A DNA stretch of 64,000 nucleotides from Lama guanicoe (taxonomy: Eukaryota), in contig MU053881.1 of assembly GCA_013239625.1 (NCBI GenBank), positions 12,600,879 through 12,664,878 on the forward strand. The letters are read 5' to 3'. The notes under the pieces were generated by a model, which worked only from the letters and a program-made list of their open reading frames with translations, had not been told where the DNA came from and searched no databases. Within the stretch, counting starts at the first letter, position 1. Every line of letters starts with the position of its first letter. The position numbers were made by a program, and so were the translations under genes. Positions 51,010-63,698 of the stretch are shown one piece after another.

Positions 51010-51883
51010 TGTAGATTCTGTCAGTCCTGTTGTTGGGGGAGAATAGGTTCTTGCCTCGTGCCGGAAAGAGTTCAAGTGCAAGGCATGGTAAAGTGAAAGT
51101 AAGTTTATTTAGAGAGATACACACTCCATAGACAGAGTGCGGGCCGCCTCAGAAGGTGAGCAGGACAGAGCGAGAGCGCGACAGAGCAAGCGAGAGCGAC
51201 CACGAGGTGCAGAGTTGTTAGGTTTCACGGGCTGGGTAATTTCATATGCCAATGAGTAAGAGGATTATTCCAACTGCTTTGAGAAAGGGGTGAGGATTTC
51301 TAGGAAATGTGTCCCCCACTTTTTGACCTTTTATGGTCAGCCTGGGAACTGCCATGGTGCCTATGGGTGTGCCATGAGGCTCAAGGTTTACTGGAAGTCG
51401 AATCTCCTGCCAACTTGCTTCTAACCATTTTGCCCATCCTCAATGGCTGTGTCATTTCTTCAGTGGTTGTGCCCTGCCCCTTTTCCTCCCACTTCACTAT
51501 CTCCTCAGCATGCCCTAGGACAAGGCACATGGTTCCCTTACGTGCCTGCAGCCTTCCGGGCTTCTTTGCCCAAGGGCTTTCTCTGGCTGAGAGGATGTGT
51601 TCATCAAGGGGAAGGCCCGAAGTACCAGAGAGTTAATCTTCCTAGAGGATCTTTTAACCAGTGAGGGAGGGGAATCCTGGTGTGTGTTCCACAGAGACTC
51701 TCAGAGGGTCTTTAGCAGGATTGATATCAGGTGTCTGCTGCAGTAACTTGCGCATTCGTGTTCCCTGTATTAACTTTTCCTCCCTTCCCTCTCTCACTTT
51801 TGTATTCCTTCAAAGTGCTTCCTAGTATCACTGCCCAAATAAACTACTATATCGCTGTTTAAGAAGAAACCCAAGGAAAGACA
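51010..51883 (+). mobile_element. LTR16-like ERVL LTR hosting a nested ERV1 LTR
   Basis: 3' end tgcttcctagtatcactgcccaaataaactac...acccaaggaaagaca. Confidence 0.65.
51031..51496 (-). mobile_element. Younger ERV1-like solo LTR
   Basis: TG...CA, minus-strand AATAAA near 51105, retained CpGs, 4-bp TSD ctgt/ctat. Confidence 0.75.
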
Positions 51884-52236
51884 GGGCCAGTGCATTGCAA
51901 AACTCCGGAGGCACTATTCACATTGTATTCCGTCCTTCAAGGGGTGCCATTTACATTAGAATGTTTAAATGACAGCTGTGGGAGAAATATCTAAGGAACA
52001 GACTGATAATAACAAAGCCTTAGTTTAAAACTTTCAACAAATGTTTACTGGATGCTTTCTGTGTTCTAGGAATAGAAGAGAGGAATAGATGGAAGAAAAT
52101 TAAATGGTGTGATTTATTCTTCACTGAATTTATTATTTATTGAATACAAAACAGTTTGGAATGCAGCATGAGGCGTTCTATATCCAAGTGCTGATTTTGC
52201 CTAAAAGATTTTGATCTATTTCTAATCGCAACATTT

Positions 52237-52570
52237 GTGACACCAAATGTTTTGTGTTTTTTTTCCCCCTACACCAACCAATTTTCCAACTCTCCAGACA
52301 CCAAGTGTCTTACTTTCCAGTTCAGTTCTGACACTGACTACCTGGCATTAGCACAGACACCAGAGGTTGAGGGCTCTGTCCTTTACGACTGCGCCTTATT
52401 TTAGATGCCAATTGCAAGTTCTAGGCCCTCCATATTTCTGGCCAACCGGCTGTGAATCGAGGACCCACATGAACCCTTCCTCAGATTTTGTTTTTTGCTA
52501 GAATGGATCATAGAACTCAGGAAGACTCATTTATTATCCTCATATTATTATCAAAGATTAAAAGGATTAG
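52237..52570 (-). mobile_element. MER21-like LTR fragment
   Basis: cagttctgacactgactacctgg...gatgccaattgcaagt...gctagaatggatcatagaactcagg. Confidence 0.7.
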
Positions 52571-52744
52571 TCTTTTTTTTTTATCAAGGAGAATTATACT
52601 CAGAGACTGAGACTGCTTTTGCCAATAGTTTATTTAACACACATTCAGTGTGTGAATTATAATAATTTCACGAGCCAGCAGCATTCAGGGTAATGTCTCT
52701 TAATAGGCCAATAAAGAAGTAACATACTCCAAACCAAATATAAT

Positions 52745-53095
52745 TTTTTTTCTGTTTTTTAAAAATTGAAGTGTAGTTCGTTTACAATGTTGTGTTAATT
52801 TCTGGTGTACAGCATGATGTTTCAGTCTTACGTATATATTTTATATATATTATATATATATATATATATTCTTTTAGTATTCTTTTTCATTATAGGTTAC
52901 AAGATACTGAATATAGTTCCCTGTGCTATGCAGTATAAACTTGTTGTTTAACTGTTTTATATATAGTAGTTAGTATCTGCAAGTCTCAAGCTCCTATTTT
53001 ATCCCTTCCCACCCCCTTTCCCTGGTAACTATGAGATCGTTTACTAGGTCTGCGAGTCTATTTCTGTTTTGTGGATGAGTTCATAGTGGCCTTTT
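52745..53095 (-). mobile_element. Short cetartiodactyl-type L1 3' end with internal (TA)n
   Basis: aattgaagtgtagttcgtttacaatgttgtg; gaatatagttccctgtgcta. Confidence 0.85.
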
Positions 53096-53379
53096 TTAAT
53101 TAATTATTTTTTGAATAGTGTATTCTTAATCACTAAAAAAAATCATACTTTGTAAGTTTCAACTTAATAAGTGGAATTTACTTTCTGATTTGTTCTGGTT
53201 TTTCCTTCTAGCGTGTCTTCACCTGTCCAAGGTGGGGTAGATTGAAATCATTTTAGCCCTACAGAGCTGGGCTTAGAATAATGACGTTGCTGCAAAGAGC
53301 ACTGATAGGGTAGCTAAGGAGAGTTCCTGGAACAACATATGGCAGGGTCAGTTTCTACCAATGACTCACAGGGAGGGAG

Positions 53380-53600
53380 CATTTACTCTGTATTAAATAC
53401 TTTGCTGAGTGTTATACATGTATGCATGTGTATTTTGTCAGTTCATCCACACGACAGTCCTGTGAGATTACTGTTATTCTCATTTTAATAATGAGAAACT
53501 AAGGCACATGAAGGTTCAGTTGCGTACAAACAGCTAGTAATTACTGCATCTGGCTCTCAATTCTGTGTCGGCCTGGACTCACAGCTCATGCTCTCATCGG
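53380..53600 (-). mobile_element. MIR
   Basis: ctcattttaataatgagaaactaaggcac. Confidence 0.65.
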
Positions 53601-53754
53601 GGTCTGTTGGACTGCCTTAGGTAATTTAAATTTTCAAGCAACATAAAGAAATAGAATATACTTATTGGTTCACAATTCTCCAGTAGGTGGTTGAAGCTGC
53701 CTTTATTTACACATATTTAGTGCCTTGTACTTTTCAAAATGTTTCCATACTCTT

Positions 53755-53875
53755 TGTCTCTCCATCGCTGTGTTTCTGTCTCTCTGTGTCTCTGTCTTTC
53801 TCTCTGTGTCTATCTCTGGTTCTCTGCACCTCTCTCTCCTTTATTTTTTTCCTTTCCTTTTTTGCCTTTTTTTGG
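53755..53875. repeat. TC-rich low-complexity tract
   Basis: Seen directly. Confidence 0.7.
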
Positions 53876-54224
53876 CTAGGAGCTACTTGTTTGTTTGGAT
53901 TTGATGATTGAAAAGACCAGTGCATAATTGCTCTCTGAGATAGGAGATGTAGTTGGAAAGAATGAATCCTTTCAGGCCTGTCTCTTTTCTCTTGACTGCA
54001 AATTGGTTGAAATGAGACAGCATTACTTTATTAATAAAAATTTGGTGGTAATTGGGACAGGAGCTAGGCTGTGTTAAAATGAAAAATACCTTTTGATATG
54101 CAAATGATTTCTTCTTAGGAAAATTAATCATATATATTTGATTTCAGGGGAACATTTAAATGACTTTGGGCAATACTCTTCAAGGACCTTAAAGCCCTTT
54201 ACATGCTTAGTTATAAAAGCATAA

Positions 54225-54400
54225 CATTAAACAGCTGAATAGGCCCTCAGTGAGCATTTGGTTCATCTACTTCATTTTGCAGGTTTAAAAACTGAAGCCC
54301 TGAAAGCTGATTTGTGCAAGATCACAGTTAAAAAATGGTTGAGTGAGATATGAATCCAGATTTGCTGGTTTCTGGTCTAGAGATCATTCCTCCAAATCAC
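54225..54400 (-). mobile_element. MIR
   Basis: cattttgcaggtttaaaaactgaagccc...gatttgtgcaagatcacag. Confidence 0.6.
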
Positions 54401-54712
54401 ATGGACCTGAAACACACAAACAATGCTTGCAACTGTTTGACATATATTGTTTGACAACGTAGTGTAACAGTGGAATTGGATGGTTGCATCTAATTCCAAA
54501 AACTAAGGTAGCATTTCTTTTACGATTCCCGTACTCCAGAACATCCCCTCATGTGCGTGGTATTTTGCCCTTGTTTTGTTTGAAAATGTGGGTATTTAGT
54601 TTACTGCCTCGACTACTCCTCCTGCTGGGGCTACAGCTACCACTACTACAAGTTACCTTTATTAAGTGCCTACTGTGTGCCACGCATTGTGATGAGTAGT
54701 TTCTAGTTTATC

Positions 54713-55170
54713 TGTCAGTTCACCATTTTGAGTATTTTGTGAAGAGAGGAATTTAATACAAGGGATTAAGTGACTACAGAATTCTTGGATGGGCTTGAAG
54801 AGTGAAGGTTTAGAAAAGCTGTCACTGACTTTCTGTCGGCTATAGATTTTTAGAGGATTAAGAAGTTGCTGCCTTTGCCATTTTAGGGAAACACAGAAAA
54901 CGTGTAGCATGAAGATAGGAAACGTGGAGGAAGTACCCAGAGGCCCTGTGAGACACGTCTGTCAAAGGTCACATGATCGCCTGCCAACCCCAGAGACAGA
55001 GTACTGTGCTGGGGCTGTCTTCTCTCTCCCCAAACTCCCCCAAATTGGTAGAAACCAAACTGTACCCAGAATCATTTTGACAAAAGAGTCTGAGAAATAC
55101 AGTTCCTAAGATTCTCTGTTACAAAGGGAAAAGCCTAGAAAGGGGTGAAAATCTGCCAAATCTCTACAGT
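54713..55170 (-). mobile_element. Old ERVL/MaLR LTR, apparently splitting a MIR
   Basis: tgtcagtt...ggaatttaatacaagggat; MIR-like sequence at ~54650-54700 and ~55190-55290. Confidence 0.4.
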
Positions 55171-55538
55171 TAACACATAGCAGAATACTTACTATCTCCT
55201 TTAATTCTGTAAGAATTATAGATGAAGAAACCTGAGATTAAAGAAATTTTATGGAACTTGTGTAGGTAGCTCCTGGGTTACAGAATAGGCTGGCTGACAC
55301 ATGTTTAGTACAGCAGAGATAACTCCTAAAAGAGAAAAGTAGTGCAATATGTGTTTTTTAATATTTTAAAAAGAAGCATTGAGGCAGTAATCATGGGAAG
55401 TACTCCAGGGAAATACTATATGTAATTCTATATATATTTATGTATTTTTATAATTTTAAATATAGAAATACATGTATTTTGTATTTCCTTTTTTTGAATT
55501 ATAAAAGCAGTAAGGATGTAGTGATAAGAGCATTGTCA

Positions 55539-55678
55539 GGGGGAGGGCATAGCACAAGTGGTAGACCACATGCTTAGGATGCACAAGGTCCTGGGTTCAA
55601 TCTCCAGGGCTGTCTCTTAAAAAAATCCTAATTACCAACCCCCTCCAAAAAAAAAAAGAGAGAGAGAGAGAGAGAAAA
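55539..55678 (+). mobile_element. vic-1-like SINE, full length with TSD
   Basis: gggggagggcatagcacaagtggtagac...ggtcctgggttcaatctccag, cctaattacc, A/(GA)n tail; 13-bp TSD aagagcattgtca/aagagcattgtga. Confidence 0.9.
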
Positions 55679-57939
55679 AAGAGCATTGTGAGTCTGACAG
55701 CTAATCAGTGGGAGAAGCAGGATTTGAAGCCTGGAAGTCTGGAATTCTGATTCCAGTGCCTGCCTCTTTGCCACGAAACCAATTGTATTGAGTCATTAAG
55801 GGGAGCGTCCTTTAATAAGCTTATTCTTTAATTAGCCTTTACTTTAATAACTTCTTTTTTGCTTATCCTGGACCTGAAAGATATATTTTACTTTCTGTAA
55901 CCCTGTTTTGGAAAGAAAAGAATATATGTTATTATTATATTTTAGACCTGTTGCTTCAGGCTAGAAAGCAGACGGTCAAATCTTGTGCTCTAGGAGAAAA
56001 TACAGTCCCAAAGTAAGTAGTCTTGACTCTTAGGGTGAAGTGGAACCCAGAAAACACAGATGAGGATAAGGGAGTGCAGGTTTCACACTACAAAAGCATG
56101 GTAGCCACCCGGCTCTGAAGAGAGGAAAGGCAAGGGCCGCATGTTCTTCTGGGAAGGGATGGCAAGCCCTGCGTGAGCAGGCAGCACCCTGGGATTTAAT
56201 CCCAATTACCCTTGTCCCTTCTGGAAAGTGACCCAGACTCGAGTGCGTTGCACAAATGTGAAATGCAGAATTTGGATTAGGTGTTTGCTGAGATTTCTTT
56301 CTGCTCTGAGATTCAGATTTTGTGGTTTGTGAAGCATTATCATAATACAAACTTTACTCCTGCTTGCCGTCAACTGCTGACATCTTCCTTCCGCCTTTGA
56401 GGTTTTGGAAATTTAATAAGTTTGCAGTTCATGGTCATGTGATGCAATTTTGAGGTAACGTACTGAAGCACAGATGCTTCACATTTCTAAGTAGATTTTT
56501 GCCAGGCAAATTCTTCATTTTTAAACATTTCTCTATCTGTTGCTCATCTTTTTAGTCCCAAGAGACAACTCTCAAGTTATTTAAAGGAAAAGATATTTTG
56601 ACAGATAATTGCTAACTTTGCAAGTTTAGTGGATGCGTATCAGCCTCAGACCAAAGACAACTAATTAGAATCTAAGCTGGAAAAATAGCTGTGTCTGCTC
56701 GATATCTGATTATTTTCAAGTTCAGAGCTTCAAAGTACTTTTATTTAAATTGAACTGCTTTTGTGGGTTTTTTTTCCCCTTTTAGTTCAAAAATTGATAA
56801 TCTAGAAAACCTAACCATTTTAACCAGCTCCCATTGAAGTGATTAATTTGAGGTGTAGCTTATTCTCATCCAAATTAAATTAATATGTTAGAAGAAATGG
56901 ATCACTTTTTTGTTGTTGATGACTTTTAATTGGTTCTAGTTTAATAAGCAAGCATTACTTTAATGAAGTTTCTGGGTTTATTATGGTAGGAGGCCATTTG
57001 CTCCAGTTCCAATATGAATCTGTCACCTTAGGGCATAGATGCCTTATATTAGGACAATTTCTTGTCTTTCAGGGATGGAATAGAAATTTACTCTTAAGTG
57101 TCAATTCTTATCCTGGGTGGAGGATGCACAGGGTACTGCGTACAGAACTATTTGAATTTGTATCTGTTCAGTGAGTTAAGTGTATTGTGATAGAAGGGGA
57201 TCTACTATCACAAGAGAGGGAGAGAAGGAGAGTGTCTTAGTTAAGCAATGGCTCTAAAAGGTACCAGGGAGCAGTTATTTGCCATCACTGGTGCTACACA
57301 TTGGAAAAAGCATGTCCCTGGAGATAGAGGAAACTTGGCTCCAGAAGCCACTGTCAGCAGCTACATATGGTTTGTAGGACAAGACCCCTCATCTCTCTGC
57401 ATCTCATCCTCCTCACGTGAGAAATGAGGGGTTGACCCTGGTAATTTTGCCAGCTCTAAGGTTCCATGATCCACTTTCTTTCAATTGCTGTGAAAATTGA
57501 CCACAGTCCATTCAGTTCTTGGCAGTTTATTTCAAACTCATCTTTTTGAATGTTTTGGTAAGAAAAATAAGAAAGAACTTCCTGGGAACTGAGGGAGAGT
57601 CATTCAGGGAGACAATCTTATCCTTTAATAATAACAATTCCAGCCACTTCAGGAAGATCAGATTAGTTTGCTCTGCAACTCTTTGCTTGAATTGTTTATT
57701 TTTTTCAAAAGCCCTACTTCTTGAATTTGCTAAAAAGTTGCTCTATTCTTGTAATATTCTTATATATTGAGGAAAATGTCCATCTTCCCCATGTATAAGT
57801 TTTTAAGGTACTTAACCTCTTAATATTTGGGGGTACATATCTGTAGGATGCTTTTTAAAAACTCATAAATGTGAAAGTATTCAATTTTCATTTTTACATT
57901 CTTTAAATTCTTTTTATTGTGATATTTATCTTTAATAAA

Positions 57940-59390
57940 CTTAAAATTTTTGTAATAGTTTTAGATTTACACAAAAGTTGTGAAGATAGTACACAGAGTT
58001 CCTAGAATGCCTCACACTTGGTTTCCCGTAGCATTAACAACTTACAGTGGTGGGATACACTCAGCCCAGTTGATGAACGGACAGTGATACATTCTCAGCC
58101 ACTAAAGTCCAGATTTTACTCAGGTTTCTTTGGTTCTTGTCTAGTGTCCTTTTTCTGTTCCAGGATCCCGTCCAGAATACTACGTTACATTTAGTTGTCA
58201 TGTTTTCTTAGCCTCCTCTTGGCTGTGATAGCTTCTTAGACGTTCCTTATTTTGATGACCTTGAAAAGTACTGTTCATGCATTTGTAGAATATTCTTCAG
58301 GTCAGATATACGTTGTGATTTTCTCATGATTAAACTAGTGTTATGGGTATTTGGGAGGAAGACCACAGAAGTAAAGTGCCCTTGTCATCATGTCATTTCA
58401 AGGGGACATATTATCAACATGATGTTGATCAACATCACTGTTGATGTTAACTGCGGCACCTGCCTGAGGTAGAGTTAGGATTCTCCACTGTAAAGTTCCT
58501 CTTTCTCCCCCTTTCCAATCTTCACTCTTTGGAGGGAAGCCACTGTGCACAGTGTACAGTTTGGGCACTGGCTGTTGTATTTCACCTCCTTGAGGGTGGA
58601 GTGTTTCCATAAATTATTTGCAATTCTCCTGCATGAGAGATTTCTGTATTTTTATATCTCATCTGTTTATTTATTCAATCAGTTATTTGTATTAGGGTGG
58701 ATTTGTGAATATTTATTTTATGCTTTGTGTTATAATCTCATACCGCTTTATAATTTGTTGCTCAAATTGTTCCAGCTTTGGCTTTTGGGAGCTCTTGCAG
58801 TTGGCTTCTGAGCCATTTTGATATACACTCACCTATTTGGGTTTATATTTTTAAATTTCTGTATACACGATGTTCCATATTCATCTTGAATAATTACTGC
58901 TCCGGTCCTAGAATAAGACATTTCTCCAAGTAGCTTTGGTCTTCTTTTCTTGAGAATGTTATTAGGAATCAAGATTTGGGCTTTAGGTGTGCTTGTTGCA
59001 ACCGGCATGTTGTCTCTTTCAGGCCCTCACAGCTGACAGGACAAGAAAATATATGTCTACTAACGTGTGCACATATCTGTCAGTATTTTTGTACATTTCC
59101 AGCTGAATCTATATTAAGCTAAATATGAGTTTATGCTCCTGTCTCCAACTCTAATCCATAACCACATGGGTCATTCTAGTGTTGTCCCTTGCTTGTCTAT
59201 TTTCTGCTCAAATGGTGAAAACCTGCTTTTACCATCCACCATCCATTTGCTTTATTGTTCAATTCCAAGGTACCTGTATACTTGTTAGGGCTGTTCATCT
59301 AAGCCCCCATGGAAAACAACTTTATCAACTAGAGTCCTGCTTAGGGAACTTTTTTTTTTTTTTGCCTTTTCTTTTGTCACAGTCTGCATT
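57940..59390 (-). mobile_element. L1MC/L1MD-like 3' UTR
   Basis: tagttttagatttacacaaaagttgtgaagatagtacacagagttc; ttttctgttccaggatcc; gggaggaagaccacagaagtaaagtgcc. Confidence 0.85.
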
Positions 59391-59404
59391 TTATATGTGA
59401 ATGC

Positions 59405-60910
59405 TTTTTTAAAAATTGAGGTATTATAATTACAGTTGACACATAACATCATATTAGTTGCAGGTATATAGCGTAATGATTTGATATTTGTATTTATGGC
59501 AAAATGGTCACCACAGTAAGTCTAGTTAACATCCATCACCATACATGGTTACAATGTTTTTTTCTTGTAGTAAGGACTTTTAAGGTCTACTCTCCTAGCA
59601 ACTATGCAGCATGGTATTATTAACTGTAATCACCATGCTGTGCATTACATCCCCATGACTTATTTGTTTTGTAACTGGAAGTTTATCCCCTTTGACTCCC
59701 TTTAACCATTTGCCTATTCCCTACCTGGGGCCTCTGACAACCACCAATCTATTCTCTGTATCTATGAGCTTGTTTTTATTTGTTTGTTTTCAATTCTACA
59801 TATAAGTAGGATCCAATGGTATTTGTCTTTCTCTGTCTGACTTATTTCACCTACATAATGCCTTTAAGTTCCATCCATGTTGTTTCAAGTGGCAAGATTT
59901 CATTCTTTTTCTTTTTTTTCTTTTTTCTGGCTGAAAAAAAGTATTCCATTGTGTATATATACCATGTCTTCTTTATCCATTCATTTATTGATGGACACTT
60001 AGATTGTTTTCATATCTTTACTATTGTAAAAAATGCTGCAGTGAACATAGGGGTGGTGCATATATTTTTTTCAAATTAGTGTTTTTATTTTCTTCAGTTA
60101 CATACACAGGAGTAGAATTTCTGGATTAGATGGTAGTTCTATTTTTGATTTTTTGAGGAAAATCCTTGCTATTTTCCGCTGTGGCTATACCAATTTACAG
60201 TCCCACCAACAGAGCACAAGGGTTCCTTCTTCTCTACGTCCTCTCCAACAGTTGCTTTTTCTTATCTTTTTGATAACACCCATTCTAACAAGGGGGAAGC
60301 ACTACCTCATTATTGTTTCTGTTCTGATCTTTAATATCCTTTCTTCTGCTAACGTTGGACTTAGTTTATTCTTCTGTTTCTAGTCTCGTAAGGTGTAAAG
60401 TTAGGTCGTGTGTTTGAGATCTTTCTTTTTTCCTAATACAGGCTTTTATTGCTATGAACTTCCCTTGTAGCCCTGCTTCTGCAGCATCCTGTAAGTTTTA
60501 GTATGTTTTTCCATTTTTGTTTGTTTCACGGTGCTTTTTTTCCGTTTTGTTTTTCCTTTCAATTTCTTCTGCAACCTGTTGGCTGTTCAGTAGCATCTTG
60601 TGTATGTTTCCACATTTTTACAAAATTTCCAGTTTTCCCTCTGTTACTGATTTCTGCATTTCCTTTAAGGCAGGTCTTGTGGTGATGAACTCCTGCTTTT
60701 GTAAGTTTGGGAATGTCTTTATCTCTTCTTCATTGCTGGAGGACAGTTTTTCTGGGTAAAGTATGCTGGGTTGGCAATTTATTTCTTTCACTGCTTTGAA
60801 TATATTATCCCACTCTTTCTTGGTTTGAATTGAAATGTTAACATGAGCTATATGCTTCATGAACTTGAATATCCATATCTCTCCCCAGAGGTTTTCAGCC
60901 ATTCTTTCTT
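59405..60910 (-). mobile_element. L1 (L1MA/MB-like) with 3' UTR and collinear, internally deleted ORF1/ORF2 pieces
   Basis: ORF 60618..60902 EWDNIFKAVKEINCQPSILYPEKLS...EFITTRPALKEM matches the L1 ORF1p C-terminus; ORF2 post-endonuclease piece and 3' UTR follow. Confidence 0.85.
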
Positions 60911-61024
60911 TCTTATCCCTTTCTTCTCATATCCCCCTCCTTGCCTGAAATGAGAATGCAATAGTATTTTGGTAGGTGTACAGTGTTTTACACTTTAAAT
61001 TCACTTCCTATGATGCCAATTCCT

Positions 61025-61525
61025 GTGTCACATTATGATTATTTGTTTACATATCTGTCTTATTTCCTGCTGGGCTATAAGCTCTTTCTGAGCTGGAATT
61101 AAATTGTCATCTCTCTCATGCCTGATAGCATATTTGTGTTTTAGTTAGTGCTAATTAAATGTTTGAATCAATGAACCTTTGGCTTCTGTGTGAGCAGAGT
61201 AATGTTGTCATAGTGTCATGGTCAGGCTTATATAGTTGGGCTGCCTTCAAACAGAAAGTTCAGCTGACTTTTGGGTGCTTACCTGTAACCTACAACCTGA
61301 TACATAGTGTAATGTCTAAGAGTAGGGTCTCTGGAATCAGAATGCCTGGCAATGAACCTTGGCTCTGTTACTTACAAGTTGTGTGACCTTAGGAAGATTA
61401 ATTTCTTCATGTCTCAGTTTCATGATCTGTAAAATGTGGGTAATAATAAAATCAAGCTCATAGCGTTCCTGTGGGTTGGATGAGAATACACTTGCAAAAG
61501 GACGCAGCACTAATCCTAGCACATC
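61025..61525 (+). mobile_element. L2 3' end (61025-61172) and MIR (61300-61525)
   Basis: gggctataagctc...aaatgtttgaatcaatgaa; gtgtgaccttaggaagattaatt...tctcagtttcatgatctgtaaaatg. Confidence 0.7.
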
Positions 61526-63059
61526 CTGCTTTAGAACAGTGGGCGTTGTTGCCGCTGAATTACTCCAGTGGAACTTAATTGTGATTGGCATATCTGAAAT
61601 AGTCCTTCCTTCCTTCCTTTGCCTCTACTAGAATATTTTTTACCTTAGTGCTCTTTCTTAATTTCCATAGATTTGGTTAGTTTTCTCCTGCTATTTGTGT
61701 GTGTGTATGTCTTCGTTCAGAGCAGTGAGCAGAGTCACTGTTTCTCAGAAAGCAGACCCCTCGCTTGGCTCTTGGCTAGAGAAGTGATTATTTTGACATT
61801 TTCTTCCATTTGCCCTGCATTTGTCATCTGTTGGCAACATCATTGAAATGATCCAAGTCTTCTGTTATCTGGCAGTACTTATTTTTAAAATTTTTTTGGC
61901 TTTAACTCCACCTTAAATTCTCTCAAATGGGGAATTTGGCTAATATTTGAAGCAGGCCTGACTGTTTTGGGTTTTTATAAGACTTCTATAGTTCACAATT
62001 TGGAAAGATACCCATTTTACTTTCTAAAGTCCTATTAAATATGAGAGAAAAGAATAGCTTAAAAAGAAGAGAATGGCAGAGTGTTGTTTTAATTTTGGTT
62101 TAGCTGTTACTTTTATTAACTCAGAACTACCCAAAGAGTGGCCCATCTTTGTAATTTCTACATTGGGAATGACAGTGATCTTTGAACACTTGAAACACTT
62201 TAAAGATAATTTTTGCCTTACAAATTTCAGCATGCAGACTGTCCAGTTTCAGATTCTAAGCCAGTTCCCCCATAGGTCTTCTAATTGTTTGATGTTGTTT
62301 TAGACTGTCATTCTCAAAAACTGTTCAACAGGTTGAGTTTGCATCCCCAGAATCACTGCTCCTTGGGGTCTTCCATGTCACATGAAGGATGTCTTTACCA
62401 CCACCACACCCCTCTTTCCTTTGCACATTTTTATTTATCTTACATGTGGATCTATGCCAAAGCCTCTTGTGAGTCTTAGTGGAGTGCCTCTTAGTCTCTG
62501 AATTCTCTTTATCTGTCACAAATGCCTATTCTTTGAAAGGACTCCAGGAGGGCAGTTATAATGAGTGATCCTCTCATTTTTCTCATTCTTTCTTTGAGAC
62601 CTGCCAGAGAAGCTGCATATTTCACAGAAGGATGGTACTGGCTGAGGGATGCTTTCTTGAAATGGAGAGATTACTGCCTTCAACAGGTTCCCTTGAAGAT
62701 GTATTTTTATTTGCATCTTAAATCTTAGAGCTAAGAGAGCACTAGGATGAAATACTGAGGATAGTAACTCTGAAACTTTATCTGCATTGTTTCTATTTGC
62801 ATTCCTTATAGTGTGTTACATAGGACTATATCAACAAAAATAAAATATGTACTTCGGGTTATAAATGAGATCTGACTTCATCTGGTGAAAGCTAAACCTC
62901 TCCTTTTGATAAGCAATAAATAAAAAATAAATAGATTGGTGACGTCGAGTGTTGGGGAAAGTGTGAGGAAGCAGTTGCAATCATTCCTACACGGTGCAGA
63001 ATAGTGGTGATTGCTGCGACGTTTTGGGAAGATCATCTGGCAGCACTGAGCAGAATTTC

Positions 63060-63495
63060 CTTTATTAATTCTCTTAATGAAAATCTGTTGAGCACAGATG
63101 ATGGAGGAGCCCCCATTCTAGTTATACTGGGAACATGGCAGTGACAAAATAAAACCCCTAACCTCACTGATCATACTTTTATTTGGAGCAGAATGGAGAC
63201 AGAAAATAAATAAGTCAACAGATGAGGGCTAAAGCTGGACAAACTAAAGCAGGGTGAGGGGGTAAGAAGATCCGCTTCCTTTGAGGAGGTGTGTCATTTA
63301 TTTCATGTGAAGTGGTCATGAAAGTCCCCTCTGAGAAGGTGGCAGTCGAATGGAAACCTGAAGGAAGTGAGAGAAACAGGGACATCTGGAGACCCAAGCA
63401 AGCGAGTTCCTAGTAGGAGGAATAGCAAATGCAAGGGACTCTACTAGGATGCAGGCTTCTTAGTGGATTAAGAGACTAGTACTGAGGCCAGTGTA
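63060..63495 (-). mobile_element. L2
   Basis: cagtgacaaaataaaacccc; ctctgagaaggtggcag...acctgaaggaagtgag. Confidence 0.7.
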
Positions 63496-63698
63496 CATTT
63501 TTAAACATTGATAATATTATTTTATTATTCGAATTCCTAAAATGTTTATGTTTTTAAATCTTTCAGCCTCTTTCTTTACAGTTTTCAACTTTGAAAATAG
63601 TTTTTAGAATGACTTTCCATAAAAATTTTTTTCCATATTTTCTGTAAGTATGGAAAATGTTCCATATTTTCCATATTCCATATTTTCCATAAAAAATA

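Noticed and set aside
1628..55795. Apparent abundance of AP-1 sites (about 10)
   Set aside because: Close to chance expectation for a 7-mer on two strands of 64 kb
60618..60902. Functional or domesticated L1 ORF1 protein
   Set aside because: Short deletion-fused fragment of a decayed L1 with no promoter or splice support
63614..63696. Repeated ttccatatt units
   Set aside because: Low-complexity slippage next to a Tigger-family element
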